Part shown: positions 27,770-38,165 of the stretch, piece by piece
How positions within the stretch are numbered: the first letter of the stretch is position 1
How the letters are laid out: every line of letters starts with the position of its first letter
Assembly (NCBI GenBank): GCA_031963205.1
Contig: JASSUB010000007.1
Coordinates: 808 to 64,807 of the forward strand
Direction: 5' to 3'
From: Mycoavidus cysteinexigens
Lineage (GTDB): Bacteria > Pseudomonadota > Gammaproteobacteria > Burkholderiales > Burkholderiaceae
DNA length: 64,000 nt
Position numbers and translations under genes: made by a program
Notes under the pieces: model-generated
What the model was told of the DNA's origin: nothing
What the model saw: the letters and a program-made list of their open reading frames with translations, nothing else
The model's database searches: none

Positions 27770-28789
27770 ATGAATGCGAACGATCCAGTGGCCATTGTTA
27801 ACGAACTCTTTCTGCTTATGCAGAAAATTGGACTTGGGCTATACGGAAAATTCATCGGTGAAGGGATTGAATTGCTATTCGTGCTGGGCCTGATCATGGC
27901 GACTTGGCATACCTTGATGTGGATGCTAGCCGACTCTACGGTCGACTATTTCATTAACCAATTGAGTTTGCTGGTTAAAGTTGCCATCATTTTATTGATG
28001 CTCACTGGCTGGACCGACACCGTGCGCGATTTCTTGGTCGGCAATATGGAGCGAACCATCCAGCAGATTAGTGCACATAGTACGGATCCAGTCGAGACGG
28101 TGCGCACCCTATGGAGTGCCGCCCAGACGATTTTCTCGCTCACCCGCGCCAACGCGGCGAGTGTCTGCGAGGAATTACCCAAGCTCGCCGACGATGGCGC
28201 ACCGTTGCCTGGCACCCAAACAACCTGCCACCTCAGCCACGGCAAGAACCATCAAAGCGGCTGGATCGATACCTTACGCAATTTATCGTTTGTATTACTG
28301 TCATTTGTCTTTAAAGTCATTGCGGTGCTAGCGATTGCCCAAATGGCGATTGCCTTCATGCTCGTCGCTCAAATGTCTTCTTTCTTGCTCGCCATTGGCT
28401 TTTGCCTGGGGCCCATTCTACTGCCCTGGTACCTCTTGCCAGCCACTGAGTTTCTATTTAACGGCTGGCTACGATTCATCATTGTCGCCGGTTTATACAA
28501 AGTAGTCGCTTGGCTGATGCTCACCATGGTCCAAGCTGGGATCACGCCAGCCACGCAGAAATTAGTTCTGCAATTGAGTGGTAGCGTGAATAGTCATATC
28601 AGTTCAACACTAGATTTTAATTGCCTCACCCTGCTTGGACTTGCTTTCACCTGTAGCGTAGGGGCTTGCATGATGTGGCAAGTCCCCCACATTGCCCAAG
28701 GAATTGTTTCAGGCCATAGCGCTCTTACTCTGCGCGGCTTTGGCAACAGCACGATTGCTGGGCATTTGCGTAGCAACAGCAAGCGCTAA
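27770..28789 (+). CDS. virB6: VirB6/TrbL inner-membrane protein
   Basis: Polytopic; LLAIGFCLGPILLPWYLLPATEFLFNGWLRF; MWQVPHIAQGI. Confidence 0.88.
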   Translation: MNANDPVAIVNELFLLMQKIGLGLYGKFIGEGIELLFVLGLIMATWHTLMWMLADSTVDYFINQLSLLVKVAIILLMLTGWTDTVRDFLVGNMERTIQQISAHSTDPVETVRTLWSAAQTIFSLTRANAASVCEELPKLADDGAPLPGTQTTCHLSHGKNHQSGWIDTLRNLSFVLLSFVFKVIAVLAIAQMAIAFMLVAQMSSFLLAIGFCLGPILLPWYLLPATEFLFNGWLRFIIVAGLYKVVAWLMLTMVQAGITPATQKLVLQLSGSVNSHISSTLDFNCLTLLGLAFTCSVGACMMWQVPHIAQGIVSGHSALTLRGFGNSTIAGHLRSNSKR

Positions 28790-28809
28790 ATAGCCAGAGA
28801 CTGACCACC

Positions 28810-29541
28810 ATGTCATTTTTAAAACGCCCGCCGCCAACAGAAAATTCACCGCCTCCTGGCACAACGCTAGAAGCCATCAATACCTGGTTTGCTTATTTTC
28901 AGAAGCCACTCCTGAATGCCCGATGGGCGCGCCTGGCAGCAGCCGGATTTTTCACGCTCGCCATGATTGAAGCGATAGCGCTGATCCAACTCCTCAAAAG
29001 CGCGGGTCCGCAGCCTTATTTTATCGAGCATGATGAACACTCTGGAGCGGTCTATTTATCCTCTCGGGTGGCGCAGCAATTTACGCCAAGCACCGCCAAC
29101 ATCACCTATTTTTTGCGTATTTGGGCAACCCATATGCTCTCGATCAAACCAGATCCAAGGCAAACCCAAGAACATGACATCCCAGCGGCAGCAGCTTGGA
29201 CTATCGGCGCAGCAGCTCAGGCATTTACCGAATATTTCGAACAGACTGACCGGATTGCCGAACGCATCGCCAAGCACCCCGGCCTAACGCGTGAAGTCGT
29301 CGAAAATTCAACCTCCTATGCGGCTGACGGTAAAGTGGCCTATATGGTCTTCACCCTGATTGAGCGCCTCAATGGCATCGAGACACAGCGTACACAAAAA
29401 ATATTAACCGCCAATTTCATTCTGGCTCCCGAACGCTTTGACGAACAGCAGCGTCGAACTAACCCGATTGGCCTAGGCGTGACTCACTTTACGCTCAGCC
29501 CCTATTACGGCCCCACTTCTCCAACCCATGCTGCATCATGA
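28810..29541 (+). CDS. virB8: VirB8/TrbF
   Basis: Single TM then PQPYFIEHD, C-terminal RTNPIGLGVTHF. Confidence 0.85.
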   Translation: MSFLKRPPPTENSPPPGTTLEAINTWFAYFQKPLLNARWARLAAAGFFTLAMIEAIALIQLLKSAGPQPYFIEHDEHSGAVYLSSRVAQQFTPSTANITYFLRIWATHMLSIKPDPRQTQEHDIPAAAAWTIGAAAQAFTEYFEQTDRIAERIAKHPGLTREVVENSTSYAADGKVAYMVFTLIERLNGIETQRTQKILTANFILAPERFDEQQRRTNPIGLGVTHFTLSPYYGPTSPTHAAS

Positions 29542-30461
29542 AATTGCTCCGTCGTGACTGGCTACAGCTAAATCAGCTTGGTACCGCGTTCTTCACGGTT
29601 CTGCTCCTCGGCACAGCGCAAGCCGCAAAGCTCAACCCGCCTGCCCCTAAGCCAGCGCCTGCGATGATGCACGCTGAACCCACCGCGCTTGACCCCAAGT
29701 TGGTCGTGTATACCTATGATCCAGATTACACTTATCCGATTTTGACGCAAATCGGGCGGCTGACGCATCTTGAATTTGAAGAAGACGAATTAATCATCGG
29801 CATTTATTTGGCTGACCCCAAAAGCTGGTATCGTAAAACCGCCGTCACGCGACGTGATTTTTTTATTCAACCAAAACTAGCGGGGCTTACCAATACAGCG
29901 ACCATCATCACCAACAAACGCCGTTATGAATTGATGCTAACACCCGCCGCCAATCAATACTACCAGCGGGTATCTTGGCAACATAACGACAGCGATCACC
30001 TAGATGGATTTATTCCTGAGGTCACGGGTAACTCAGAGAGCACCCCTACGCCACCAACCAAATCCTCGCCCACCCCGTCGTCTCAGCAGAGCAAAAGCCG
30101 CAAGCCTGATCAAGCAAGCGCTCATCTACCGATAGACCTCGCCCACGCCAACTTTGACTATACCGTCAAAGGCAAAACGCCATTCAAGCCCATCGCGGTC
30201 TTTGACGATAGCCGCTTCACTTGGCTAAAAATGCCCCCGATTCAGGAAATCCCAGCCATCTTAATCCTCGCCCAAGATGGCACAACTGAACTGGCTAACT
30301 TCATGGTCCAAGGCGATTATTTTGTCATCCGGCAAATACTTGACCATGGCGCTTTGCTCAAACTCGGCAAGGACGAAGTCCGAATCTATAATAACCAAAG
30401 CCAGAACTGCGGTTTTTGGGGTTGCTCGAAGCAAGCATTCACTAATCTGTGGGAACACTAA
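29538..30461 (+). CDS. virB9: VirB9/TrbG outer-membrane core protein
   Basis: Signal peptide, YTYDPDYTYPI, TNTATIITNKRRY, NFDYTVKG...PIAVFDDSRFTWLKM. Confidence 0.9.
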   Translation: MKLLRRDWLQLNQLGTAFFTVLLLGTAQAAKLNPPAPKPAPAMMHAEPTALDPKLVVYTYDPDYTYPILTQIGRLTHLEFEEDELIIGIYLADPKSWYRKTAVTRRDFFIQPKLAGLTNTATIITNKRRYELMLTPAANQYYQRVSWQHNDSDHLDGFIPEVTGNSESTPTPPTKSSPTPSSQQSKSRKPDQASAHLPIDLAHANFDYTVKGKTPFKPIAVFDDSRFTWLKMPPIQEIPAILILAQDGTTELANFMVQGDYFVIRQILDHGALLKLGKDEVRIYNNQSQNCGFWGCSKQAFTNLWEH

Positions 30462-31760
30462 ATGGCACCTACTCCCCGGTCAAGGCCAACTGCACCGCGC
30501 ACCAAACGTAATATGGTCCAAGTCTTACTCACGGTATTCTTGGTTTCTATGTTGGCGATCGTGCTCGCACGCCGCTTCAGCGGTGCGGCTCAAACACCGA
30601 CACCACGAGAGGCGATCGAGCGTAACACTGAATATAGGGAGCAAGCAGCTGGGCACGCCGCGGATATCCGCTTAGCCCTACGGCAACAAGCCGCACACGC
30701 CCAGCAATTGACCCAGCAAGAAAAGGCCAAAACGCCAAGCGAGCCAGCCACGCCTCTCACCATAGCACCGCCTCTACCGCCTGAATACAGCAAATTGTTG
30801 ACTACCAGCCGTCCTTTGGGACAATTAAGCGATGAACAAAAGCTCTCGCTCGAGCGCGCCAAAGCAACGCTCAATGATGACACTGAGATGGCGGTCTATG
30901 AGATCGAAGATCGTCGTGCGTTAGAAAACCATCTAGGCACTCACACCGGTGACAAGCTATATCTGCCTAATCTCACACCATTACCGATCGCCACGGCAAC
31001 AGCGCCTACCGATCCGCACCCTCACACCACTCTACAGCACCTGATAAGCCAACCCAACACCTCTTTCCCAGCGGTCAGTCATGATCAACGTTGGTTGCAA
31101 CGCCAAAGTGAGTACACCAGTAGCCAACCTCTTTTCCCTACGGTCAGCAGCTCACCCTATCTATTAATGATGGGCGAACCCATCCCCGCCGTCACCCTCC
31201 AAAAAATCAACAGCGACTTGCCAGGGACCGTACGCGCAATGGTCACGCGCGATATGTATGACAGCATTCGCGGCCACTTCAAAGTGATTCCCCGCGGGAC
31301 AATTTTAATCGGCCTGAGTAACGCCGATGTCTCAGTCGGTCAAAACCGCCTGCTGATTGCCTTTAACCGCATCAACTTCCCAAGCGGAGCGTATCTAGAT
31401 ATTAGCGGCGTCCCCGCCACCGAACGGAGCGGGGACGCCGGCTTAGACGCCCATGTGAATAACCATTTCTTGCGCCAATTCGGCCAGGCGTTTTTAGTGG
31501 CAGGGATTGCCAGTTGGGCCGGCCGCCAGCAATCTGCACCGCCTAATATGACCATCAACCTCACGGGTACAACCTTGCCTTCAACATTTTCACAAGCCGC
31601 CGCGCAAACACTTTCAGAGGTCGTGCGGCGCATGCTAGACCGTCACCAAAACATTAAGCCTACGCTCACTTTGCCAGCTGGCGAAAAAATCACCATTATC
31701 GTTGCGCGCGATATGGTGCTGCCTCCTGCTGTGGTCTCAAATTACGAGAGTACTCTATGA
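30462..31760 (+). CDS. virB10: VirB10/TrbI
   Basis: TM plus Pro-rich linker, IPAVTLQKINSDLPG, IPRGTILIG, RLLIAFNRI, VNNHFLRQFG, NIKPTLTLPAG. Confidence 0.92.
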   Translation: MAPTPRSRPTAPRTKRNMVQVLLTVFLVSMLAIVLARRFSGAAQTPTPREAIERNTEYREQAAGHAADIRLALRQQAAHAQQLTQQEKAKTPSEPATPLTIAPPLPPEYSKLLTTSRPLGQLSDEQKLSLERAKATLNDDTEMAVYEIEDRRALENHLGTHTGDKLYLPNLTPLPIATATAPTDPHPHTTLQHLISQPNTSFPAVSHDQRWLQRQSEYTSSQPLFPTVSSSPYLLMMGEPIPAVTLQKINSDLPGTVRAMVTRDMYDSIRGHFKVIPRGTILIGLSNADVSVGQNRLLIAFNRINFPSGAYLDISGVPATERSGDAGLDAHVNNHFLRQFGQAFLVAGIASWAGRQQSAPPNMTINLTGTTLPSTFSQAAAQTLSEVVRRMLDRHQNIKPTLTLPAGEKITIIVARDMVLPPAVVSNYESTL

Positions 31761-32608
31761 AGCATGCACCCACCCGGCTCTTGATTATGCCTGCACTGCT
31801 CAGCTTATTGTGCGGTTCAAGCGAAATACTCTACGCCTCTGACTTTGTTCAAGCACCTAGGCCTAACTTTGTTCAAGCACCGAAGTCTAACTTTGTGCAA
31901 GAACTTAGGCCCCCAGCCACTGTGCCTCAAATAATCTCACCCCAAACGCACACGCCTACGACGTATCACTTTGACTGGCATATATCAGGGGCGCCAGAAG
32001 TCGCACCAATCCAAGTCTTCGATAACGGTCATAAGTTGTATGTACAGTTTCGCGCCGGCTCACCTACACCGGCGATTTTGGCCGAAAAGTCTGACGGACA
32101 GGTTCTGCTTAACTGGCAAGCAGAACCGCCCTATATTGTGCTCAACCAAGTTGCATCACGCTTGCATTTTCGTCTCGGTAAGCAACTCGCGCAGGCCTGG
32201 CGCAAACCTTCCAAACAGCAAAGCGCCACCGCTTGGCCTGCAAAAATAGTAAAAACGGTCTCGCCGAATGTACTATTTCTGCCCGCAGCCCCGCAAAAAA
32301 TACCCCCAACAATACAACCGGCGCAGAAAAAACCAGCCCCCACCCAGTGGCAAGTCAAACGCGCTGATGAGAATTTACGGCAACTGCTGACACGCTGGGC
32401 ACAGATTGATAATTGGCATTTAGTCTGGGATGTAGACCATGACATCCCAATTCAAGCCGAGGATCAAAGCCAAGGCAATTTCAAAGAAGCCGTACGCCGC
32501 GTGTTGGGCGCCACAGCCTTAACCGAATACCAGGTTAAGCCATGCTTCTATACGAACCGTGTCGTGCGCGTGGTGCGTCAAACGACCGTCTGCAACCCGC
32601 ACCAATAA
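31757..32608 (+). CDS. pilL: PilL-like protein: VirB9/TrbG C-terminal domain fused to a TcpQ domain
   Basis: HFDWHISG..APIQVFDNGHKLYVQF parallels the VirB9 CTD of 29538-30461; C-terminal WQVK...LRQLLTRWAQ..WHLVWD...FKEAVRRV..CFYTNRVVRV is TcpQ/PilL-like. Confidence 0.75.
   Translation: MKHAPTRLLIMPALLSLLCGSSEILYASDFVQAPRPNFVQAPKSNFVQELRPPATVPQIISPQTHTPTTYHFDWHISGAPEVAPIQVFDNGHKLYVQFRAGSPTPAILAEKSDGQVLLNWQAEPPYIVLNQVASRLHFRLGKQLAQAWRKPSKQQSATAWPAKIVKTVSPNVLFLPAAPQKIPPTIQPAQKKPAPTQWQVKRADENLRQLLTRWAQIDNWHLVWDVDHDIPIQAEDQSQGNFKEAVRRVLGATALTEYQVKPCFYTNRVVRVVRQTTVCNPHQ
31838..31912 (+). repeat. Three imperfect 24-bp repeats (DFVQAPRP/NFVQAPKS/NFVQELRP)
   Basis: ACTTTGT(T/G)CAAG recurs at 31842, 31866 and 31890. 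Confidence 0.85.
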
Positions 32609-32624
32609 GCTTGCCAAAGCCGCT

Positions 32625-34370
32625 ATGCACACTCTCTGCCAGCCATTTTTTGCGGTGATCACAGCGCTGGCGTTAAGCAGCTGTATCTCACCTCAGTTGC
32701 TACAACAAACCCGCACAAATATCGACCGCGCCCAAGCCGATGCTCAGCGACTGCGTACCAGACTGCTCACACAGATGGAGGGCAGCAAACCACATCAAAC
32801 CATCAACGACGAAGTCGATCTGCCCTATTTAGCCGGTAAGCCGGTACCCCTCGCGCGTGAAGTCACCCTACCCTATGCCCTACGCAAGGGGGTCAAAACG
32901 GCGGTGATGTTCCCAGAAAAAACCGTGCCCCTGAATTTGGCCGCCGAACGCATCACCTTAGCCACAGGCATTCCGGTTAAGATCGACCCAGATGTCTATT
33001 TATCCGCCTCAGCACTATTGCCCCGCGCACAGCAAAGCAATGACGCCGCACTGAATGCGAGCGAGGTCACCGGTGGCAAAGTAGGCGCACTGCTGGCCTC
33101 GGCCGCACCCAATCCATTGCTACAGCATACCCCGCCAGGATTCGCCAGCCTGCATGCAGCCACCCCGTTCAATGCGCTGGCCCAGGTTGAATTTCAGCCT
33201 GGTGAAATACCGCTCAATCAAATGCTCGATCTGATCGCCACGCGCTTATCCATTAACTGGCTATATGATGAGGTTAGGGGCGCCATTCGCTTTTATCGGA
33301 TGCTCACCAAAATTTGGCAACTGCCTGGTGCCGCAGGTGAAATGTCTTTTACGACGACCTTTCAAGGCAGTACGGTTCAATCCAGTAACGCCAACGCTAC
33401 GCTCCTGCCACAAAATACTTACACCAACTCTGCCGCTAAGCGTGAAGCCACGCATGTCAATGAATTGGACTCAATTCGTCAGAGCCTCGAAACCCTGATG
33501 ACCCGAGCGGGCTCGATTGCAACCAATGCCGCTACCGGCACGATCACGCTCACTGACACTAAAGAGGCAGTAGAGCGCGCAGACGAAATCATCACCCGCG
33601 AAATTCATATCCTCTCGCGGCGCGTGCTGCTTAAATTACAAAAAATACAGGTGCTCACCCAGGACACAGGCCAAGCTGGTATCGATTGGAATATGGCGCT
33701 CACCACAGCGCTGTCTAAGCTGCCCGATTTCAGGCTGACAGCACGCTCACCTACGCCGTTGGCCGGCTCTCATACTGCTGGGTTTAACCTCAATCTCTTG
33801 GCTGGCACACTGAATAACTCAAGCGCGCTGATCACTGCTTTAAGCGAGATCGGGCGTGTGCAATCCTCCACCGAGCTACCGATGACGATTCGCAACCGCC
33901 AACCCATGAGTTATGACATTGGCAATGCCTTTTCCTATGTCTCAGCAGCCCTGCCCGCCCCCTCTACGGTGGGTGGCACCGGCAGCGTGCCGGGTCTTAA
34001 AACCAGTCAAATTTCAACCGGCTTAAAGCTCCTGATCTATCCCAATGCAACCAGCAAAGATACGGTCGATCTGACTTTCTCGATTGAAGATTCGATGCTT
34101 AAAAGCCTGGATCGATTCGATGCCGGCACAGGCCAGCAAGCCCAATCCGTGCAGCTACCAAGTATCGATCGCCAGAGTACTACCTTACAAACCACTGTAC
34201 GCAGTGGCTCGACCATTGTACTGACTGGCTTTGAACGATTCGATGATCAATTTCGCCGCAGAACATTAGGGGAGCGCATACCGTTACTCGGCGGAGGTTC
34301 AATCGCAGCAAGTCGCCAGCGCACCACAACCCTGATTGTGATTTCTGCGGTGATTCAGGACGATATCTAA
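32625..34370 (+). CDS. pilN: Type IVb pilus secretin, R64 PilN family (lipoprotein)
   Basis: Lipobox ALSSC, ATRLSINWLYD, GTITLTDTKEAV, QLP and SGSTIVLTGFE secretin motifs. Confidence 0.9.
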   Translation: MHTLCQPFFAVITALALSSCISPQLLQQTRTNIDRAQADAQRLRTRLLTQMEGSKPHQTINDEVDLPYLAGKPVPLAREVTLPYALRKGVKTAVMFPEKTVPLNLAAERITLATGIPVKIDPDVYLSASALLPRAQQSNDAALNASEVTGGKVGALLASAAPNPLLQHTPPGFASLHAATPFNALAQVEFQPGEIPLNQMLDLIATRLSINWLYDEVRGAIRFYRMLTKIWQLPGAAGEMSFTTTFQGSTVQSSNANATLLPQNTYTNSAAKREATHVNELDSIRQSLETLMTRAGSIATNAATGTITLTDTKEAVERADEIITREIHILSRRVLLKLQKIQVLTQDTGQAGIDWNMALTTALSKLPDFRLTARSPTPLAGSHTAGFNLNLLAGTLNNSSALITALSEIGRVQSSTELPMTIRNRQPMSYDIGNAFSYVSAALPAPSTVGGTGSVPGLKTSQISTGLKLLIYPNATSKDTVDLTFSIEDSMLKSLDRFDAGTGQQAQSVQLPSIDRQSTTLQTTVRSGSTIVLTGFERFDDQFRRRTLGERIPLLGGGSIAASRQRTTTLIVISAVIQDDI

Positions 34371-35677
34371 TGCGCATTATTGAGATCGACGGCAAACACC
34401 TGGCTTTTGGCTTGCGCTGGAAGCCCCTGATCAGCGCTCAAGAATCTTACGAGTCGCTGGCTCGAACCGAAGCGGATAAGCTCAATGCAAGCCTGATCTG
34501 GCAAGATGGGAAAACACCGCTGCTCGGCGCTTATCACGGCATACTGGCCACTCAGCTTAACCATCAACCCATTTATGCGGCCGCGCATATGCTAGCGGCC
34601 ATACCCGGTTGCGGGCCAAACGTATTATTAGCCCTCAGCGACCCAACAGGGATGCATTCACTATGCGGGATTTTCCAAGGCCGACCGTGGGGAAGTGCCA
34701 GTGCAAGCGGCAAAAATTTCGATCAAGTCGGGCTATCTAACGAAGAGTTAATGCACCTTATCGGACAGTTTGCCGAATTATGCGGCAACGATGACTATAC
34801 GCTACTCGGAAATATAACGCTCGCCGAGTGCAATCCATTTACATTAACTGAGCTAGCGCACTTTGCCAGCCCGGCTTCCCGCATGTATCAGCCGCGTCGC
34901 AGAGTATGGCGCAGCTTTATAGTATGGCTGCTGATGGGGATTTGCGTCGCCACTGTCTGCTATGCACTTTACGCATACTGGGGGAACAAACGTAGCGCCA
35001 CTGCAGCCCCCAAATTATCCTTTGAACAGCAATATGAACAGTCAATCAATGCCCGCAACCAGCCACTGCTGAATGCCCCTGCAGTGGTCACCGCCTGGTT
35101 CAAATGGGCGACAGCACTGCCGCTGACAATTGGCGGCTGGCACCTAAAAAGTATCGACTGTACGGTACAATCGTCTCCCTCAAGATGCTTGCTGAATTAT
35201 GAGCGCACACTGCCGCAAGCCACGCAACAGACTTTTGTGGCAGCGACAGTGCATGACTGGGCCGAGCACATCGAGGCGGTTGACGACAAATGCCTACAGG
35301 TCAATTTGGCTATGCCCAGCGTTGCGACAATGAGCCTCCGGCACGCTCTGCCTAACTTGCCAAACGAGCGTGAAATCCGCTTAAATTTCATTTCACAGTT
35401 ACAGCGCATGCAACAAATCGCCCATACCAAGCTTGAGGATTTTCAGGTGTATGGCAGACCCGCGGGCGTACCCGCCATGGCGATTCCCCATCCAATTAAA
35501 CACGCAGCGTGGGAAGTCAACGGACCATTGCACATGATGGCTTTGTTTGAAGCATTTCCAGCCATCAGCAGTGTCACTCGGCTCGCCCTCACCATTAAAG
35601 ACCCTCAGCCAGTGACTTCACTCAAAGCATCGAGCTTGATGTTACACGTTAAAGGAGAGATTTATGCCCGCGATTAA
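34370..35677 (+). CDS. pilO: Type IVb pilus accessory protein PilO2
   Basis: LAFGLRWKPL N-terminus, central TM, GGWHLKSIDC; position between pilN and pilP. Confidence 0.8.
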   Translation: MRIIEIDGKHLAFGLRWKPLISAQESYESLARTEADKLNASLIWQDGKTPLLGAYHGILATQLNHQPIYAAAHMLAAIPGCGPNVLLALSDPTGMHSLCGIFQGRPWGSASASGKNFDQVGLSNEELMHLIGQFAELCGNDDYTLLGNITLAECNPFTLTELAHFASPASRMYQPRRRVWRSFIVWLLMGICVATVCYALYAYWGNKRSATAAPKLSFEQQYEQSINARNQPLLNAPAVVTAWFKWATALPLTIGGWHLKSIDCTVQSSPSRCLLNYERTLPQATQQTFVAATVHDWAEHIEAVDDKCLQVNLAMPSVATMSLRHALPNLPNEREIRLNFISQLQRMQQIAHTKLEDFQVYGRPAGVPAMAIPHPIKHAAWEVNGPLHMMALFEAFPAISSVTRLALTIKDPQPVTSLKASSLMLHVKGEIYARD

Positions 35678-36221
35678 TCGCTTTCCCCCTCACCCTATGA
35701 GGCTGGGAGTCATACCCATCGTGCTGTATTTACTGAGCATTTTCAGCCTCGCTAGCGCTCAAACAGTGCCTACAGTAGGCGAGCTCATGCAACTAGAAAG
35801 CCAACTCAAACTACAAAAACTGAAAAACGAGCTGACTCAGACTAACCCCATGCCTCCAGGGCAGCTTAACAGTAGGCTGATGATGACAAACATGCCACCG
35901 CTTGACTCGGCGCTTGCTAAATCCGCAGAGCACCCTCGTTACATTGCCGCTTTTGGCATTGCCCCCGAGTATCGCGGCTATCTCACTTGGGGGGAACAAA
36001 TCTATCCTCTCTATCCCGGGGCAATAGTCCGTCGCGCTACAGTGATCGAGCTCACCCCCCAAAACGTGAAATTGCGCTATCCAAACGGCCGGATTCGCTC
36101 AATTCCATTCGCTTTCGATACTCGCATTGCATGGCCTATCACCGCGGCGCCCTCAACGCCACCGGATCTGCCGCCATTGCCAGCCGCCACCAAACCATTG
36201 CGCCCTTCGGTCGAGCCTTAA
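35664..36221 (+). CDS. pilP: Type IVb pilus protein PilP
   Basis: Signal peptide, TVGELMQLESQ, C-terminal beta domain, Pro-rich tail; position in the pil operon. Confidence 0.75.
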   Translation: MPAINRFPPHPMRLGVIPIVLYLLSIFSLASAQTVPTVGELMQLESQLKLQKLKNELTQTNPMPPGQLNSRLMMTNMPPLDSALAKSAEHPRYIAAFGIAPEYRGYLTWGEQIYPLYPGAIVRRATVIELTPQNVKLRYPNGRIRSIPFAFDTRIAWPITAAPSTPPDLPPLPAATKPLRPSVEP

Positions 36222-36260
36222 ACCACGCCGCCACGAGGCCTTCAGCAAAAGTAGCTGCCC

Positions 36261-38165
36261 ATGCTCTCCAAATTGATCCCCAAACCGAATCGCTCCAACC
36301 CGCACAGCACCCGTGAAGCGCTGCATTTTCGTCGCGCCAGCCGGACGGCCACAGCCCCTCAAGCGAACTCGACTATCCCGCGGCTCACGCAAGCCAATAC
36401 GGTGATCAACTTACCCAATGAGTTGCCCTATTTCGTGCGCACCCTGTATGAAGAAATCTCTCTACAAGCCTCGCTACGAAACCAAATTTGCCCAATCCTG
36501 ATGGCACCTGCAACAGAAAAAATGCAGCGTGGCCGTTTCGCTCTGATTGTGCTGGATACCATGCTGCGCTCAGATATCACCGAGGAGATTGTACGGCAAT
36601 TAAGCACCCGCTACGTCCCGGCCGAGCCCTTCTATTATGTTGCAGCGCCGACCTTAATGATTGAATTATGCCGCGCTCGCAGCGAGCCGCACGGCAACCT
36701 TCAGCTAGCGGACAGCGCCGCAAAAAAGCCGGATGATAGTGCCTTGTGGGCCCATTTTTTAACCGCAGCACGCTTTGCAATCGCTCACAGCGCTTCCGAT
36801 ATCCATCTGGAAATTCGGCGCACGCAAGAACGCTCGCCAATCGGTTTTCGGGTGGCTGGGCGCTTGGTTCGCCCCTCAGCCTTCCATATGTTCACAGCGC
36901 ATTTGACCGATATGGCCGCGATTATCTATTCTCGCGGCAACTCAGTGTCCGAATCAATTTTTAACGAAAATTATGCCCAGCAATGCCAAGTGCCAGCCAC
37001 CATCGATAACCAGAAGATTCTGTTCCGCTTAGCCACCTTTCCACTGGTCAGCGGTACCGATGTGGTATTGCGTTTACTGTTTCAAGACGACGCCCAAACC
37101 ATTCGCTCGCTGGCAGACTTAGGCTATCTACCTGACCAAGTCGCACTGTGGCAACGCGCCATAGCCCGCTTAAGCGGCGCGACGATTGTCGCCGGCGTGG
37201 TCAATTCTGGCAAATCGACCACGATGCAAACCGTGCTAGCCCGTATGCCAGTTTGGCATAAAAAATTCTCCATTGAAGATCCGGTTGAATATCTAATCCC
37301 AGGGGTTTCTCAAATCTCGATCGCCCGCTCGCTCAGCGAGCAAGACCATCACATCGACCCGTTTCTGACCATCAAACGGCAGCTCAAACGCGGCGACTTA
37401 GACGTTTGTTTTATCGGTGAGGTTCGAGACCGGCAGAGCGCTGCTTTGTTGCGCGACATTGCCGAGTCCGGCCATCGTGCTTTCACCACACTACATACCC
37501 CTTCTGCCATTGGCATTGTAGATCGTCTCTCCGATCACGAACTCGGTATCCCACGCGAAATACTTGCGACCCCTGGCTTTCTCAATCTACTGATCTACCA
37601 AACCCTGCTGCCGACACTCTGCCAGCATTGCAAAATACCTGTGGCTGAACTGATGCGTCCCGCAAACGCTCGAACGCATCACTTGGCCCAACTCGCCGAA
37701 CTGTTTCCAGACTCAGATCTATTTACCCTAGCCGAAGGGCTGACCGGCTATCTTGCACGTATTGTCCGCTGCTTTAAAATCGAACCCTTCAATGACCCGC
37801 AAAGGCTTGGCTTTTTTTGCCGTAACCCAAATGGCTGTGGGCACTGCCAGCGCGCAGGATTACCTGAGTTGAATGGCTTACAGCATCGCACGGTGGTCGC
37901 TGAAATGTTCGAGTTAGACCGATCCATGCTCCAATTAATCCGTGCCCATAAAAATCTAGAACTGCACCAATATCTTTACAACTTGCATAAAGCCCCGCTC
38001 GACGCCGCGCCGACCAGCGGTAAATCTGTCCTGGAAATTGCGCTTTATAAAGCCTTGCAAGGTGAGATCGATTTGCTTGATATTGAAGCCAAATTCGGCT
38101 CATTTCTACACTATGAACAACAGTTAAAACTGCATAGGAGCACGCGATGCATTCGCCACCCCTGA
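36261..38165 (+). CDS. pilQ: Type IVb pilus assembly ATPase PilQ (GspE/PulE family)
   Basis: ASDIHLE, Walker A GVVNSGKST, SIEDPVEY, FIGEVRD, TTLH, CxxC pairs LCQHC and GCGHC. Confidence 0.92.
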   Translation: MLSKLIPKPNRSNPHSTREALHFRRASRTATAPQANSTIPRLTQANTVINLPNELPYFVRTLYEEISLQASLRNQICPILMAPATEKMQRGRFALIVLDTMLRSDITEEIVRQLSTRYVPAEPFYYVAAPTLMIELCRARSEPHGNLQLADSAAKKPDDSALWAHFLTAARFAIAHSASDIHLEIRRTQERSPIGFRVAGRLVRPSAFHMFTAHLTDMAAIIYSRGNSVSESIFNENYAQQCQVPATIDNQKILFRLATFPLVSGTDVVLRLLFQDDAQTIRSLADLGYLPDQVALWQRAIARLSGATIVAGVVNSGKSTTMQTVLARMPVWHKKFSIEDPVEYLIPGVSQISIARSLSEQDHHIDPFLTIKRQLKRGDLDVCFIGEVRDRQSAALLRDIAESGHRAFTTLHTPSAIGIVDRLSDHELGIPREILATPGFLNLLIYQTLLPTLCQHCKIPVAELMRPANARTHHLAQLAELFPDSDLFTLAEGLTGYLARIVRCFKIEPFNDPQRLGFFCRNPNGCGHCQRAGLPELNGLQHRTVVAEMFELDRSMLQLIRAHKNLELHQYLYNLHKAPLDAAPTSGKSVLEIALYKALQGEIDLLDIEAKFGSFLHYEQQLKLHRSTRCIRHP

